64,000 nt of DNA from Verrucomicrobiota bacterium (GTDB taxonomy: Bacteria; Chlamydiota; Chlamydiia; Chlamydiales; Rhabdochlamydiaceae). Made by a program: the position numbers and the translations under genes. The stretch is taken from assembly GCA_018240015.1 (NCBI GenBank), contig JAFEGJ010000005.1, positions 236,570-300,569 of the forward strand, given 5' to 3'. This document shows positions 35,793 through 45,155 of the stretch, in pieces (the stretch's first letter is position 1; every line of letters starts with the position of its first letter). The notes under the pieces were generated by a model that had not been told where the DNA came from, did no database searches, and saw nothing but the letters and a program-made list of their open reading frames with translations.

Positions 35793-36788
35793 TTATGTTT
35801 TCAATAAAAGAAGAGCTCTTTCGGATTGAGGGTTCATTGCGAGAACTTTTTCCAAGAGTTGTTTTTTCGTTAAGTTGAAAGTCGGGTCTGTTTCACCTTC
35901 TTTCAAAGTAATAGCCAGTGCCACTAAAGCATCCTCATCGGTGGGTTCCATTAGTGAGTAAGCGGCGAACAGTTGTTGCCGATTCATCTCACGGTCATCG
36001 ACAAGACGAATTTTCTGCACATTGTTCGGGAGAGCATATCCTAAATTGTATAAATGGATAGACACTTTGGGTTGCAGTTTGTAAGCCTCAAAAAAAATCT
36101 CCCATTGAAACATCTCTTGCTTGTTATGCAAGGTGACTTTTCCTCCTTGGGCGAGCCTGGTGCCGAGACGTGTCCAATTCACAGCCATTTGGGGGTTTGT
36201 ATCAACAGCGATTAGATAGGGCGTCAATGGGTCGAGTTTTTGTCTTTTAACGGGCCTTTCTTCCACAGTTGGAGTTAGAGGAAATTTTGCGTGGAGCTGG
36301 TCTTTTACCTCATCGCATAGCTCCTCTAAATCCAAGTCTTTGGATACCTTGTCTAGCCAATGGTTATTGAGGACGATCTCTTCGATCTTCTTAAAGCAGG
36401 CTGCGTAGGGGATAGACTTTCCTGTGCGCTCTACAAGAAGAGTCTGAATGACGATAAACTCCATGACGATAGGAGGTTTGTCTTTATAAGATATTAGTGC
36501 GCGCTGAAGAATCGGCTTTAATTTTTCAACGAGTTTCTTGTCGATGAGTTCGGGTTTGTTTGACAAAGCTTGCCAGATAATTCGGCGAATAATGGTAGTA
36601 GAAAAACCGATTGCCATGGGGGACAGCTGGGGCTTGAATAGGCATTCAAACAGAGCAGGGGCATTTTTGAGGAAATCGGGAATTTGTACGGGGACATCTG
36701 CTTCTTTTTGTTTCAAAGCAAGAATGGTGGCGTCATCGCCAGACTCCAGCGCTGTGACAAAAGATGTTTTATTGCGAATAGCTTCCAT
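35793..36788 (-). CDS. hypothetical protein with TPR-like C-terminus and a Myc-type basic cluster (PVKRQKLDP)
   Basis: 331-codon ORF. The C-terminal ...NWTRLGTRLA...EIFFEAYKLQP...HLYNLGYAL pattern is TPR-like. Confidence 0.6.
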   Translation of the reverse strand: MEAIRNKTSFVTALESGDDATILALKQKEADVPVQIPDFLKNAPALFECLFKPQLSPMAIGFSTTIIRRIIWQALSNKPELIDKKLVEKLKPILQRALISYKDKPPIVMEFIVIQTLLVERTGKSIPYAACFKKIEEIVLNNHWLDKVSKDLDLEELCDEVKDQLHAKFPLTPTVEERPVKRQKLDPLTPYLIAVDTNPQMAVNWTRLGTRLAQGGKVTLHNKQEMFQWEIFFEAYKLQPKVSIHLYNLGYALPNNVQKIRLVDDREMNRQQLFAAYSLMEPTDEDALVALAITLKEGETDPTFNLTKKQLLEKVLAMNPQSERALLLLKT

Positions 36789-36810
36789 AGGGAGTATAAT
36801 CTAGTGAAAA

Positions 36811-37710
36811 ATGGTAAATAATAAATCCTTAAAGATCAATGTTGCAATTCTAGGCGCTGGGTTCGCCGGGCTGGCTGCGGCCTATTTCCTCAGTGAAGAG
36901 TTTAAGGTCACCGTATTAGATGCCAAAGGACTTGGTGGAGGGGCTTCTGGGGTATCGACAGGTCTTTTGCACCCCTATGCGGGAGAAAAAGGCCGGAAGA
37001 GCTGGCACGCAGAAGAGGCCATGGGGGAAGCAAAACTTCTTTTGAAAATCGCAGAAATGGAACTGGGTAGGCTCGTGGCCGACTATGGCGGCATTGTCAA
37101 AAAGGGGGCTTGCATCGGAGCTGGTGACGATGTGGAGGTGCTTGGAGAGGACCATTTCCTGATCCGGTCGGGGATCACCGTTTTCCCCAAACTTTACTTG
37201 AGTGGACTATGGAAGGCCGCTGTAAGGCGCGGAGCCGAGCTAAAAATCCAAAAGATAGAGCAGCTATCGGAGCTAGAAAGTTTCGACTACATCGTACTAG
37301 CCGTGGGCAGCGGGATCTTCCATTTCCCCGAGGGCGAGCATTTAAAAATAAATGCCGTGAGAGGCCAGGCGCTCGTGTGCCGTCTCAATGGGCCAATGGA
37401 GAGAAGTCTCGTCGCAAAACAATATACAGCACTCACAGAAGACCCGCTTGTTTGCCATGTGGGAGCAACTTATGAGAGGGGAAGTCGCTCTGATGAGCCC
37501 GATCTAGCCGAAGCGATCAGATTACTACAACCTTCTCACGAAGTACTGGGCGTCCGCGCTGGAGTGCGTGTGACCAATCCCGCGCACTATTTTCCCATTC
37601 TAGAGAAAATAAATGCGAAGACGTGGGTTTTGACGGCCCTGGGCTCCAGGGGACTTCTCTACCACGCCTATTTCGCAAAAATGCTTGCCTCGCAGATCGT
37701 CTCAGCGTAG
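36811..37710 (+). CDS. FAD-dependent oxidoreductase (DAO family)
   Basis: INVAILGAGFAGLAAAYFL dinucleotide-binding motif followed by GASGVSTGLLHP. Confidence 0.8.
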   Translation: MVNNKSLKINVAILGAGFAGLAAAYFLSEEFKVTVLDAKGLGGGASGVSTGLLHPYAGEKGRKSWHAEEAMGEAKLLLKIAEMELGRLVADYGGIVKKGACIGAGDDVEVLGEDHFLIRSGITVFPKLYLSGLWKAAVRRGAELKIQKIEQLSELESFDYIVLAVGSGIFHFPEGEHLKINAVRGQALVCRLNGPMERSLVAKQYTALTEDPLVCHVGATYERGSRSDEPDLAEAIRLLQPSHEVLGVRAGVRVTNPAHYFPILEKINAKTWVLTALGSRGLLYHAYFAKMLASQIVSA

Positions 37711-37712
37711 GA

Positions 37713-37881
37713 CTACGTGAGCTCGGTTTTTAATTCATAGGAGAAATGGTCAGATTTTTGAGGATTTTTGATCACAAAAGCACAGCAAATAGCCCAGAGG
37801 GTACTATTTGCGCGCATTTTGGGGTCAAAAAGACCGAAAAGATGGCCATTTTGCCATGAAAGAAAAGCCGAGTTCACGTAG
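37713..37881 (+). repeat. ~169-nt extended imperfect hairpin in the intergenic region (candidate structured RNA)
   Basis: 14-nt arms CTACGTGAGCTCGG / CCGAGTTCACGTAG, with one G:U that works only on the plus-strand RNA. Inner pairs AAATGGTCA/TGGCCATTT. Apex GCAAATAG...CTATTTGC. Confidence 0.5.
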
Positions 37882-37892
37882 GATACTAAAAC

Positions 37893-38654
37893 ATGTCAGG
37901 AAAATTGCTCTTTTTAGGTACTGGGGGCTCAATGGGAACGCCTGTGATCACGTGCGCCTGCGCCGTTTGCCAGTCCAAGGATCCGAAAAATCATCGGCTC
38001 CGTCCTTCTGCCCTCCTCAAGGTGGGGGGCAAGCAGATTTTGATCGATGCAGGGCCCGATTTTCGGACGCAAGCGTTGAGAGCTGGTATCCAGGATCTCG
38101 ATGGCGTGATCGTTACGCACACGCACATGGACCATGTTGCGGGACTCGATGACCTGCGCGTTTTTGATTTTTATCACAAAAAAAAACTTCCATGCCTTGT
38201 CTCGGAGTCGTCTATGAAGGAAATACGTACGACTTTTCCTTTCTTTTTTAGGCCTGATAAGATGCGCTTTGAGTTTACGACTTTTGATGGAGATTTTGGG
38301 GAAGTCTCTTTTTTAGATCTCCAATGGAAATACGGAAGTTATATCCAAAATGGCATGAAAGTGTCGGCGTTTAGGCTGGGCTCTTTTGCTTACGTGCTCG
38401 ACATCAAAGAATACACCGACGAAATTTTTGTTTTTTTGCAAGGTGTCCAAACGCTGATTCTAAGCGCGCTGCGCGAGCGGCCATCTCCAGCGCATCTTAC
38501 CGTTGAAGATGCCATACAGTTTGCGAAAAAAGTCGGTGCTGCAAAAACCTACTTCTCACATATTTCGCATGACGTAGATCACGAGGCGGTGTCAAAAAAA
38601 TTGCCGCGTGGAATTGAACTGGCCTATGATGGATTGGAGGTGACCTTTGGCTGA
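37893..38654 (+). CDS. MBL-fold metallo-hydrolase (PhnP/beta-CASP-less type)
   Basis: LFLGTGGSMGTP, a Cys cluster CACAVC, and THTHMDHVAGLDDL (HxHxDH). Confidence 0.85.
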   Translation: MSGKLLFLGTGGSMGTPVITCACAVCQSKDPKNHRLRPSALLKVGGKQILIDAGPDFRTQALRAGIQDLDGVIVTHTHMDHVAGLDDLRVFDFYHKKKLPCLVSESSMKEIRTTFPFFFRPDKMRFEFTTFDGDFGEVSFLDLQWKYGSYIQNGMKVSAFRLGSFAYVLDIKEYTDEIFVFLQGVQTLILSALRERPSPAHLTVEDAIQFAKKVGAAKTYFSHISHDVDHEAVSKKLPRGIELAYDGLEVTFG

Positions 38655-38670
38655 AGCTGCATTATCTCTC

Positions 38671-39933
38671 ATGAAAAGGGCGCTCCTCGTTGCTGCCTAT
38701 ACCTCCAAAGAGGGACAAAAAGAGTGTCTCGATCACCTCGATGAGCTCTCGCGCCTCTGCGACACCTATGGTCTTGAGACTGTCGAAAAAGTTCCGTGCT
38801 CGCTTCGCAAGCCCGACGCTGCAACATATCTGGGAAAAGGGAAAGTCGAAGAGCTTCTGGCTCTCGTGCAAGAAAAAGCGATCGATGTGGTGATTTTCGA
38901 TGATGAGATCACTCCCAATCAGCAGCGCAACCTCGAGAAGTTTTTCCAAAAAGCTGTGATCGATCGGACCGAGCTGATCATCGAACTCTTTGCTCAAAGA
39001 GCGCAGACAAGAGAAGCGCGCCTCCAAATCGAAATGGCCAAGGTCAAATACCAAATGCCGCGCCTTAAGCGCATGTGGACGCACTTGTCTCGTCAAGCGG
39101 GAACGGGTGGAGCTGGGGCCTATCTCAAAGGCGAAGGAGAGAAGCAGATCGAGCTCGATCGGCGCCTTCTCAAGCGGCGCGTCGATCAGCTCAAAGAAGA
39201 AATCGAGGCGGTCCACGCTCAGCGCCAGACACAGCGTTCCCAGCGGCTGCGTACAGGTATTCCCACATTTGCTATCGTCGGTTACACCAATGCCGGCAAG
39301 TCGACGCTCCTAAGAGCGCTGACTAAAGCCAATGTTCTCGTCGAAGATAAACTCTTTGCCACGCTCGACACGACCACACGCAAATTTATTCTTCCCAATA
39401 AGCAAGAGATCCTTCTCGTCGATACGGTGGGATTTATACGGAAAATTCCGCACATGCTCATCGCGGCGTTTAAAAGCACGCTCGAAGAAGCTGTTTACAC
39501 CGACATTCTCTTGCATCTCGTCGATGTCAGCCATCCCGATGCCGAACTACAAGCTGAAGCAACCATGCATGTGCTCAAAGAGCTGAATGCTCTGGGCCGG
39601 CCTGTGATCACCGTGCTCAATAAAGTCGATGCTTGTACGGAACCCGGGCGCATGTACCGCCTGCGCCTTAAATATCCCAAAACCGTCTCCATTTCCGCTT
39701 TGAAAGAAGAAGGTTTTAACGAGCTCCTCGATCTCATGGAAAAGGAAGTTGCGGCGCTTCGCAAAGTCTACAAGCTTCGTGTTCCGCAAAGCCACTATGC
39801 GCTCGTCAGCGAGCTCATGCGTGAAGGTCGCGTCCTCTTTTGCGATTACCAGGAAAATGATATTCTTCTGCAAGTCGAGGTTCCCCAGCGTCTAGAATCC
39901 AAAGTTAAGGAGTTTACGCATGATTTTTCGTGA
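38671..39933 (+). CDS. hflX: GTPase HflX
   Basis: G1 GYTNAGKST, G3 DTVGFI and G4 NKVD, plus the HflX N-terminal domain with ARLQIEMAKVKYQMPRL. An alternative TTG start exists at 38647. Confidence 0.93.
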   Translation: MKRALLVAAYTSKEGQKECLDHLDELSRLCDTYGLETVEKVPCSLRKPDAATYLGKGKVEELLALVQEKAIDVVIFDDEITPNQQRNLEKFFQKAVIDRTELIIELFAQRAQTREARLQIEMAKVKYQMPRLKRMWTHLSRQAGTGGAGAYLKGEGEKQIELDRRLLKRRVDQLKEEIEAVHAQRQTQRSQRLRTGIPTFAIVGYTNAGKSTLLRALTKANVLVEDKLFATLDTTTRKFILPNKQEILLVDTVGFIRKIPHMLIAAFKSTLEEAVYTDILLHLVDVSHPDAELQAEATMHVLKELNALGRPVITVLNKVDACTEPGRMYRLRLKYPKTVSISALKEEGFNELLDLMEKEVAALRKVYKLRVPQSHYALVSELMREGRVLFCDYQENDILLQVEVPQRLESKVKEFTHDFS

Positions 39934-40585
39934 AATTCCTCACAGCGAACGTCCCCGTGAGCGCCTTCTTTCGCATGGTGCTGCAGCGCTCTCTCTACAA
40001 GAACTTCTCGCCATTCTTCTTTCGACGGGAACGACCGGCAAGTCCGTGATCGATCTTTCCCATGAACTCGTAGCAAAATTCCATAATTTAGAAGGCCTCC
40101 TTGAAGCTTCCATCCCTGAACTCATGGAAGTGAAGGGCATCGGCAAAGCCAAGGCCATTCAACTCAAGGCAGCTTTTGGCATTGCACTCAGGCGATCTCC
40201 ACGCACGTCCAAGATGAAAATCTCCTCCCAAGAAGCCTATGATCTCATCAAAGAAGAACTCGCTAGAGAAAAAAAAGAGATACTCAAAGTGATTCTGAAA
40301 GACGTGAAAGGATATCTCATTTCTTGCGAGACCGTTTCGATGGGAACGCTCTCCGAAGTCCTCGTTCACCCCCGCGAAGTCTTTTATCCCGCCGTTCGCA
40401 ACAAAGCCAGCAGCATGATCATCGCGCATAACCATCCCAGCGGCGATCCGACGCCCTCAGAATCGGACTTAAGCCTAACGCGCCATCTGGCGCGGTCGAG
40501 TCGGGTGATGGGAATTCATCTCGAAGATCATCTGATCGTCGGAGCCTCGCGGTTTGTCTCACTCAAACAGATGGGAGTGTTCTAG
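39920..40585 (+). CDS. radC: RadC-family JAMM protein
   Basis: HNHPSGDPTPSESD JAMM motif and an N-terminal HhH region (ELLAILLSTG). Confidence 0.92.
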   Translation: MIFREIPHSERPRERLLSHGAAALSLQELLAILLSTGTTGKSVIDLSHELVAKFHNLEGLLEASIPELMEVKGIGKAKAIQLKAAFGIALRRSPRTSKMKISSQEAYDLIKEELAREKKEILKVILKDVKGYLISCETVSMGTLSEVLVHPREVFYPAVRNKASSMIIAHNHPSGDPTPSESDLSLTRHLARSSRVMGIHLEDHLIVGASRFVSLKQMGVF

Positions 40586-40637
40586 CAGCACTGGGTGAAA
40601 ATTGATAGAATCGGCAAGACGTGATACTGTTTTTTTT

Positions 40638-41633
40638 ATGCAAGCTCTGAGTTATGACTCTCAAGGACCTTTTCAAGCCTTTGATCAAAAAGCAACAAGT
40701 AGCTCTATACCCAAAACTGAATGGCGCAATCTGGAGAAGAAAAATAATAACCAGATCATCGTCGATCGACAATTTCGGGCTTATTTTCCCCTTTTTAAAA
40801 GCACCCTTATCCGTGTGCCAGGAGAGGCATCCTATGTTCCTTTTAGTGAGATCAAAGATGGGTCCAACATATCGCTTGCAATCACAAGCTCTCCTTACGA
40901 GAAGCATTTTGGTATTTTTTGGAAAACCATAGCCCACATAGCAAATGAAAAAAAGAGCAGCGAAATTGCGATTGTAATGATATGCGCGCAAAGTCAGCAG
41001 CAATCAAAAGATGTTGGTTGGGACCCTTACTGGTCGGAAGGTACACTTTTCCTTGAAGATGTCTCGGTTAAGCTAGATTCTCAAGAATCCACGGAACACG
41101 TCATTTACCGAACATTTACATTGCAGTGCCAAAATAAAACGACAACTGTGAAACATTACCATTTCCACATGTGGCTAGATGGTGAGTATGATATACCTTC
41201 AATCGTTGAGTATGGGCCTGTATTTAAAAAGTTGACAGAATGCATTTGTCCTGTCGTTGTTCATTGCCGCGCTGGAATATTCCGTTCGGGTATTGTGAGC
41301 ATTGCTTTAATGACTCTCAAGAAGCTGCAAGTCTTTAATAAGTCAATTAATGAGGAAGTTGTAGACCGACATATTTGGGAAAGTCTTGATGCTCTGCGGC
41401 ATCCAGAAACTGGGCGATCCTACTTAATGGCACCCACAAAAGATAATTTGCTTGTAGCAAGAAAAATTGTCTATCACGTCTGGAACTCTATGAAAAGCCA
41501 ATCTTCTGACATGCAGAGTTTTCCCCAGCAAATTTCTGCCGAAAATAATAGTTTATCTTCCCTTCGGCTATGGACTTTGCTTATTAGGGAACAGTCAGCA
41601 TTTTTGACCATCCGAGTAAAACGCCGTTTCTGA
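40638..41633 (+). CDS. classical (eukaryote-type) protein tyrosine phosphatase
   Basis: VVHCRAGIFRSG fits [IV]HCxAGxxR[ST]G (nt 41262-41291). The upstream FHMWLDGEYDIP is WPD-loop-like. An alternative TTG start exists at 40602. Confidence 0.75.
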   Translation: MQALSYDSQGPFQAFDQKATSSSIPKTEWRNLEKKNNNQIIVDRQFRAYFPLFKSTLIRVPGEASYVPFSEIKDGSNISLAITSSPYEKHFGIFWKTIAHIANEKKSSEIAIVMICAQSQQQSKDVGWDPYWSEGTLFLEDVSVKLDSQESTEHVIYRTFTLQCQNKTTTVKHYHFHMWLDGEYDIPSIVEYGPVFKKLTECICPVVVHCRAGIFRSGIVSIALMTLKKLQVFNKSINEEVVDRHIWESLDALRHPETGRSYLMAPTKDNLLVARKIVYHVWNSMKSQSSDMQSFPQQISAENNSLSSLRLWTLLIREQSAFLTIRVKRRF

Positions 41634-41649
41634 CGCAGTCAAGCAACGG

Positions 41650-42237
41650 TTAAAAGAACTGTTCTTTGACGAGGTGGACAACCCCGGTCATGAGCATCTG
41701 GATGGCGATCAGACAGATGAGCATCCCGCCGAGGCGCTCGCATGCGAGAAGTCCTTTCTGACCTAGTAAAAATTTTATGTTAGAGGCTGCGAGGAGAATG
41801 ATCGTGGAGGGGATCCATGCGAGGAGGATGGCTGTGCCCACGAGCATGGGGTTGAGGGTCTGCTGAGCAAAGATCATGACGGTGGTGATGGCGCCGGGGC
41901 CGGCGATCACGGGGATCGCGAGGGGGAAAATGAACGGCTCCCGCTCGGGGTGCTTATGGGCGGTGTCTTTGGGGAAAATCATCGAGAGGGAGATCAGGAA
42001 TAGAAGGATACCGCCGGCGATCCCAACGACGCCCTGGCTAATGCCGATCAGGCCGAAGATCTCGTCTCCAAAAAAGTTAAAGAGCATGAGGATGCAAAGA
42101 GCGATGAGGCACTCGCGCAGGATGATCCGGCGCTGCCGCTTGACGGGGTAAGAGCCGAGGATGCCGACAAAGAAAGGGACGTTGCCCAGTGAGTTAAGAA
42201 TCAAAAAAATCGAAACAGCGATGGAAAAGAGAGCCAT
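41650..42237 (-). CDS. MarC/UPF0056 family membrane protein
   Basis: Six TM segments. N-terminal ...LNSLGNVPFF and mid-protein AIPVIAGPGAITT blocks typical of MarC. Confidence 0.8.
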   Translation of the reverse strand: MALFSIAVSIFLILNSLGNVPFFVGILGSYPVKRQRRIILRECLIALCILMLFNFFGDEIFGLIGISQGVVGIAGGILLFLISLSMIFPKDTAHKHPEREPFIFPLAIPVIAGPGAITTVMIFAQQTLNPMLVGTAILLAWIPSTIILLAASNIKFLLGQKGLLACERLGGMLICLIAIQMLMTGVVHLVKEQFF

Positions 42238-42263
42238 ACTTCTTTATAATCACAAAGTATCTT

Positions 42264-43481
42264 ATGGCGACAAGCAAAAAATTTAAAATAGCGACGCTGG
42301 GGTGCCGGACGAACCAGTACGAGTCGCAGGCGTATGGGGCGCAGCTGAGAGCTCAGGGTTATACGGAAGTAGCGGAGGGCGAGGCAGCCGACATCTGCAT
42401 CGTCAATACCTGCACGGTGACAGCTTCGGCGGATCAGCAGAGCCGGCAGCAACTACGGCGTCTGGCGAGGGAAAATCCGGGAGCCAAGCTCGTCGTGACC
42501 GGCTGCGCGGCAGATAGACTGGGAGATGCCAGTGGAGCGCTCGTTGTTCTCAACAAAGATAAAGAGCGTCTTCTTGAAATCGCTGTTCCCGAGGAGTCGT
42601 GGCCCGAGTTTAAGATCGACCATTTTGCTGCGCATACGAGGGCTTTTGTGAAGGTGCAAGATGGGTGTAATTCGTTTTGCACGTATTGCATCATTCCCTA
42701 CGTCCGTGGACGATCGCGATCGAGGAAGATGGATGATATTTTGCGCGAGATCGAAGATTTGGTGGCGCATGGATACAAAGAGGTCGTCATTACGGGGATC
42801 AATGTCGGAGACTTTGAAGGGGAGAAGGGCGAGAAACTGGCCGACTTGGTCCGGAGCGTGGATAGTGTCCAGGGTCTGAAGCGTCTTAGGATCTCGTCGA
42901 TCGATCCCGATGAGGTCGATGATAACTTGGCGAGCGCGGTGCTGGAGGGAAAAAACACGTGCCCTTCGATGCACATCGTCTTGCAATCGGGCTCCAATGT
43001 GATTTTAAAGCGCATGAACCGCAAATACACACGGCAGGTTTTCTTGGAGACGGTGCGGCGCCTCAAAAAAGCGCGACCCGATTTTACATTCACAACCGAT
43101 GTGATCGTGGGATTTCCGGGGGAGACGGAAGGCGATTTTGAAGAGACGCTCTCCATTATCGAGGAGATCCAATTTGCTAAAGTGCATATGTTCCCCTATA
43201 GCGATCGAGAGCGGACAAGATCTGCCTTGTACCCCAATAAAGTACCGGCAAATGTCATCGATGAGCGGAAAAATAAAGTGCTTCGACTCTCGGAACAGGT
43301 CGCGTTTTCTTTGCGCAAGTCCTATGTGGGACGCGAGATGGAAGTGCTTACAGAGGAGCGGGGCAAAGGACATACCGATAACTTTTTGCCAGTGCTCGTA
43401 GGTGACGTCTCCGCCAATGAGCTAGTTCGCGTACAAATTGTTGAAAATACCCCGGCAGGGCTGATAGGAAAAAGGTTATGA
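42264..43481 (+). CDS. mtaB: radical-SAM methylthiotransferase MtaB
   Basis: FKIATLGCRTNQYESQ (MTTase N-domain), CNSFCTYCIIPYVRG (CxxxCxxC), C-terminal TRAM-like end. Confidence 0.85.
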   Translation: MATSKKFKIATLGCRTNQYESQAYGAQLRAQGYTEVAEGEAADICIVNTCTVTASADQQSRQQLRRLARENPGAKLVVTGCAADRLGDASGALVVLNKDKERLLEIAVPEESWPEFKIDHFAAHTRAFVKVQDGCNSFCTYCIIPYVRGRSRSRKMDDILREIEDLVAHGYKEVVITGINVGDFEGEKGEKLADLVRSVDSVQGLKRLRISSIDPDEVDDNLASAVLEGKNTCPSMHIVLQSGSNVILKRMNRKYTRQVFLETVRRLKKARPDFTFTTDVIVGFPGETEGDFEETLSIIEEIQFAKVHMFPYSDRERTRSALYPNKVPANVIDERKNKVLRLSEQVAFSLRKSYVGREMEVLTEERGKGHTDNFLPVLVGDVSANELVRVQIVENTPAGLIGKRL

Positions 43482-44356
43482 AAATATCGATTGCACAAAG
43501 ACTAAGACCGTTTTCTCGCCTTCCGGGCACTTCGTGCCTCGTTCCGGGGACTGCATGGCAGGTCACGGCGTTTCCCACGCAGCTCAAATTCCATAATTTA
43601 CTCACGGACGAAGAACGCGAAGAGTCTATTGCCGCTACCGAAAGTTTTACGCTGACGCAAGATTTAGAGCGGGGAGAAGTGGTGATCTCCGGGAAAAAAT
43701 ACAAACACGTGGTGAAATTAGGGTCTCTGCCCGCTTCTATCGAAAGGCTGTCACTGGGCAGTCATAAAACTCTCGACTGGGACATGAGCCGACGGCGTCT
43801 GGACTTAAGCGATATTTTACCCGTGTGGTTTCGGCTAGGACAAATGGTGCCTGCCGATGGGAAAATTGATTTTCCTGAAATGGACAAATTAGAGGTTGTG
43901 CCTTTTCTTAAAAATGTCTTCCGTGCTTATTTTCAGGGGATTTTAGTGCCGCGCCTCTTCGATGATGATCATCAAGGACTTTTCCCCGAAGGCAAACCCA
44001 TTGCCACAGGATCGCTTGCTCTGCTTCATGAGGGAGCAAGGTGGATCCGAGGACTGTTTTTCCAAGAAGGCTTTCATTTTTTACCGCATTTGCCTCCTGA
44101 GTTCCATGCTGGGCGCCTTCTCCATCTTAAGACCAAGGAGGGAGATGATATCGACATGGAGTGGTCGAAAAAATTGCTCCGGCGGGTGGTCATTCGTCCT
44201 GGAAAAAGTCGGAGCGTCAAGCTCCATTTACAAAAACCTCTTGCTTCTTTTCGAATCCGTAGAGGCATGAAAGATCGCGGCGAGCGCCTAACTGTGCAAG
44301 ACGCAGTTGAAATGGTTGAAGGGCAAGTCCTTCTATTCGATCGCTTTGAGAAATAA
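43478..44356 (+). CDS. hypothetical protein
   Basis: 292-codon ORF whose ATG overlaps the mtaB stop (ATGA). No recognisable motif. Confidence 0.6.
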   Translation: MKISIAQRLRPFSRLPGTSCLVPGTAWQVTAFPTQLKFHNLLTDEEREESIAATESFTLTQDLERGEVVISGKKYKHVVKLGSLPASIERLSLGSHKTLDWDMSRRRLDLSDILPVWFRLGQMVPADGKIDFPEMDKLEVVPFLKNVFRAYFQGILVPRLFDDDHQGLFPEGKPIATGSLALLHEGARWIRGLFFQEGFHFLPHLPPEFHAGRLLHLKTKEGDDIDMEWSKKLLRRVVIRPGKSRSVKLHLQKPLASFRIRRGMKDRGERLTVQDAVEMVEGQVLLFDRFEK

Positions 44357-44397
44357 TTTTCTATACTGATTAAAATCTTAAGTCTTATAATGATTGC

Positions 44398-45069
44398 ATG
44401 CGCGTTAATGCTTTTTCATTTTCCCAAACTTTTCTGACTTATGTTGGAAATGGGGATAATAAGCGCATTTCAGAAATCGCTATCCATGCACTGCGACGAA
44501 TGATGCCCTCGATGTCCCAAAAAAGCTTTGTCATAGGTGCTATAGCGCTTTTTTCTTTGTGGTTCTTTATTTTTCGACGCGTTCCTCGAAATGTTTTGGT
44601 TTCGGTAGGCGGCTCAAAACCAACAACAGACGCCTCAGGTCGTGATACTTCTTATCAGGGGAGATATGTTGTAAAAGCATTAGAAAGACTACCTGTTTGT
44701 AACCATGGAAAAAACATATATACTTTAATACCTTCGAGTAATTATTCAAACACGCTTTTTGAAGAAGGCGATGGCGGTTTTGAACATCAATATGAAAAAA
44801 TACAAAGCGAAATAGATAATAGCGTTATTTTTATAATACCATCAGATAAAGATGCAGAAGGGTATTATGCAGGTTTTCAATCCCTAGTTAATGCCCAGGG
44901 TAAATTAGAGGCGCTGACTAAACAATTTGGATCAAGAGTCAAATACTACGAACTTAAGTTTTCTGAATATCAGTGGATTAATTCGACAGGTCTTTGTCCT
45001 CTCTGGGTCTATCGCGAGTTTCTTAAGCTCAAGTCTGAAGAACTCTTTCCTTCATCTAATAAGCAGTAG
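44398..45069 (+). CDS. hypothetical membrane-anchored protein
   Basis: One hydrophobic segment (FVIGAIALFSLWFFIF). Composition is visibly AT-rich. No motif recognised. Confidence 0.5.
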   Translation: MRVNAFSFSQTFLTYVGNGDNKRISEIAIHALRRMMPSMSQKSFVIGAIALFSLWFFIFRRVPRNVLVSVGGSKPTTDASGRDTSYQGRYVVKALERLPVCNHGKNIYTLIPSSNYSNTLFEEGDGGFEHQYEKIQSEIDNSVIFIIPSDKDAEGYYAGFQSLVNAQGKLEALTKQFGSRVKYYELKFSEYQWINSTGLCPLWVYREFLKLKSEELFPSSNKQ

Positions 45070-45093
45070 CATAGGCAATTACAACCTTTGCTC

Positions 45094-45123
45094 TTCCAAA
45101 AAAACAGGTAGCGTCGTTATAAT
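45094..45123 (+). promoter_or_regulatory. candidate sigma70-type promoter (TTCCAA-18-TATAAT) for the porin-like gene
   Basis: Perfect TATAAT at 45118-45123, 32 nt upstream of the ATG. The -35 match is weak. Confidence 0.3.
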
Positions 45124-45155
45124 CGCGTGCTTTATCCTGAACGAAGGGGAGAGAT

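Noticed and set aside
37808-38152. A 114-aa ORF starting in the intergenic hairpin and running out of frame into the MBL-hydrolase gene.
   Set aside because: It overlaps a gene with a clear HxHxDH motif in another frame. It is Arg/Gly/Ser-rich and begins within the structured intergenic element.
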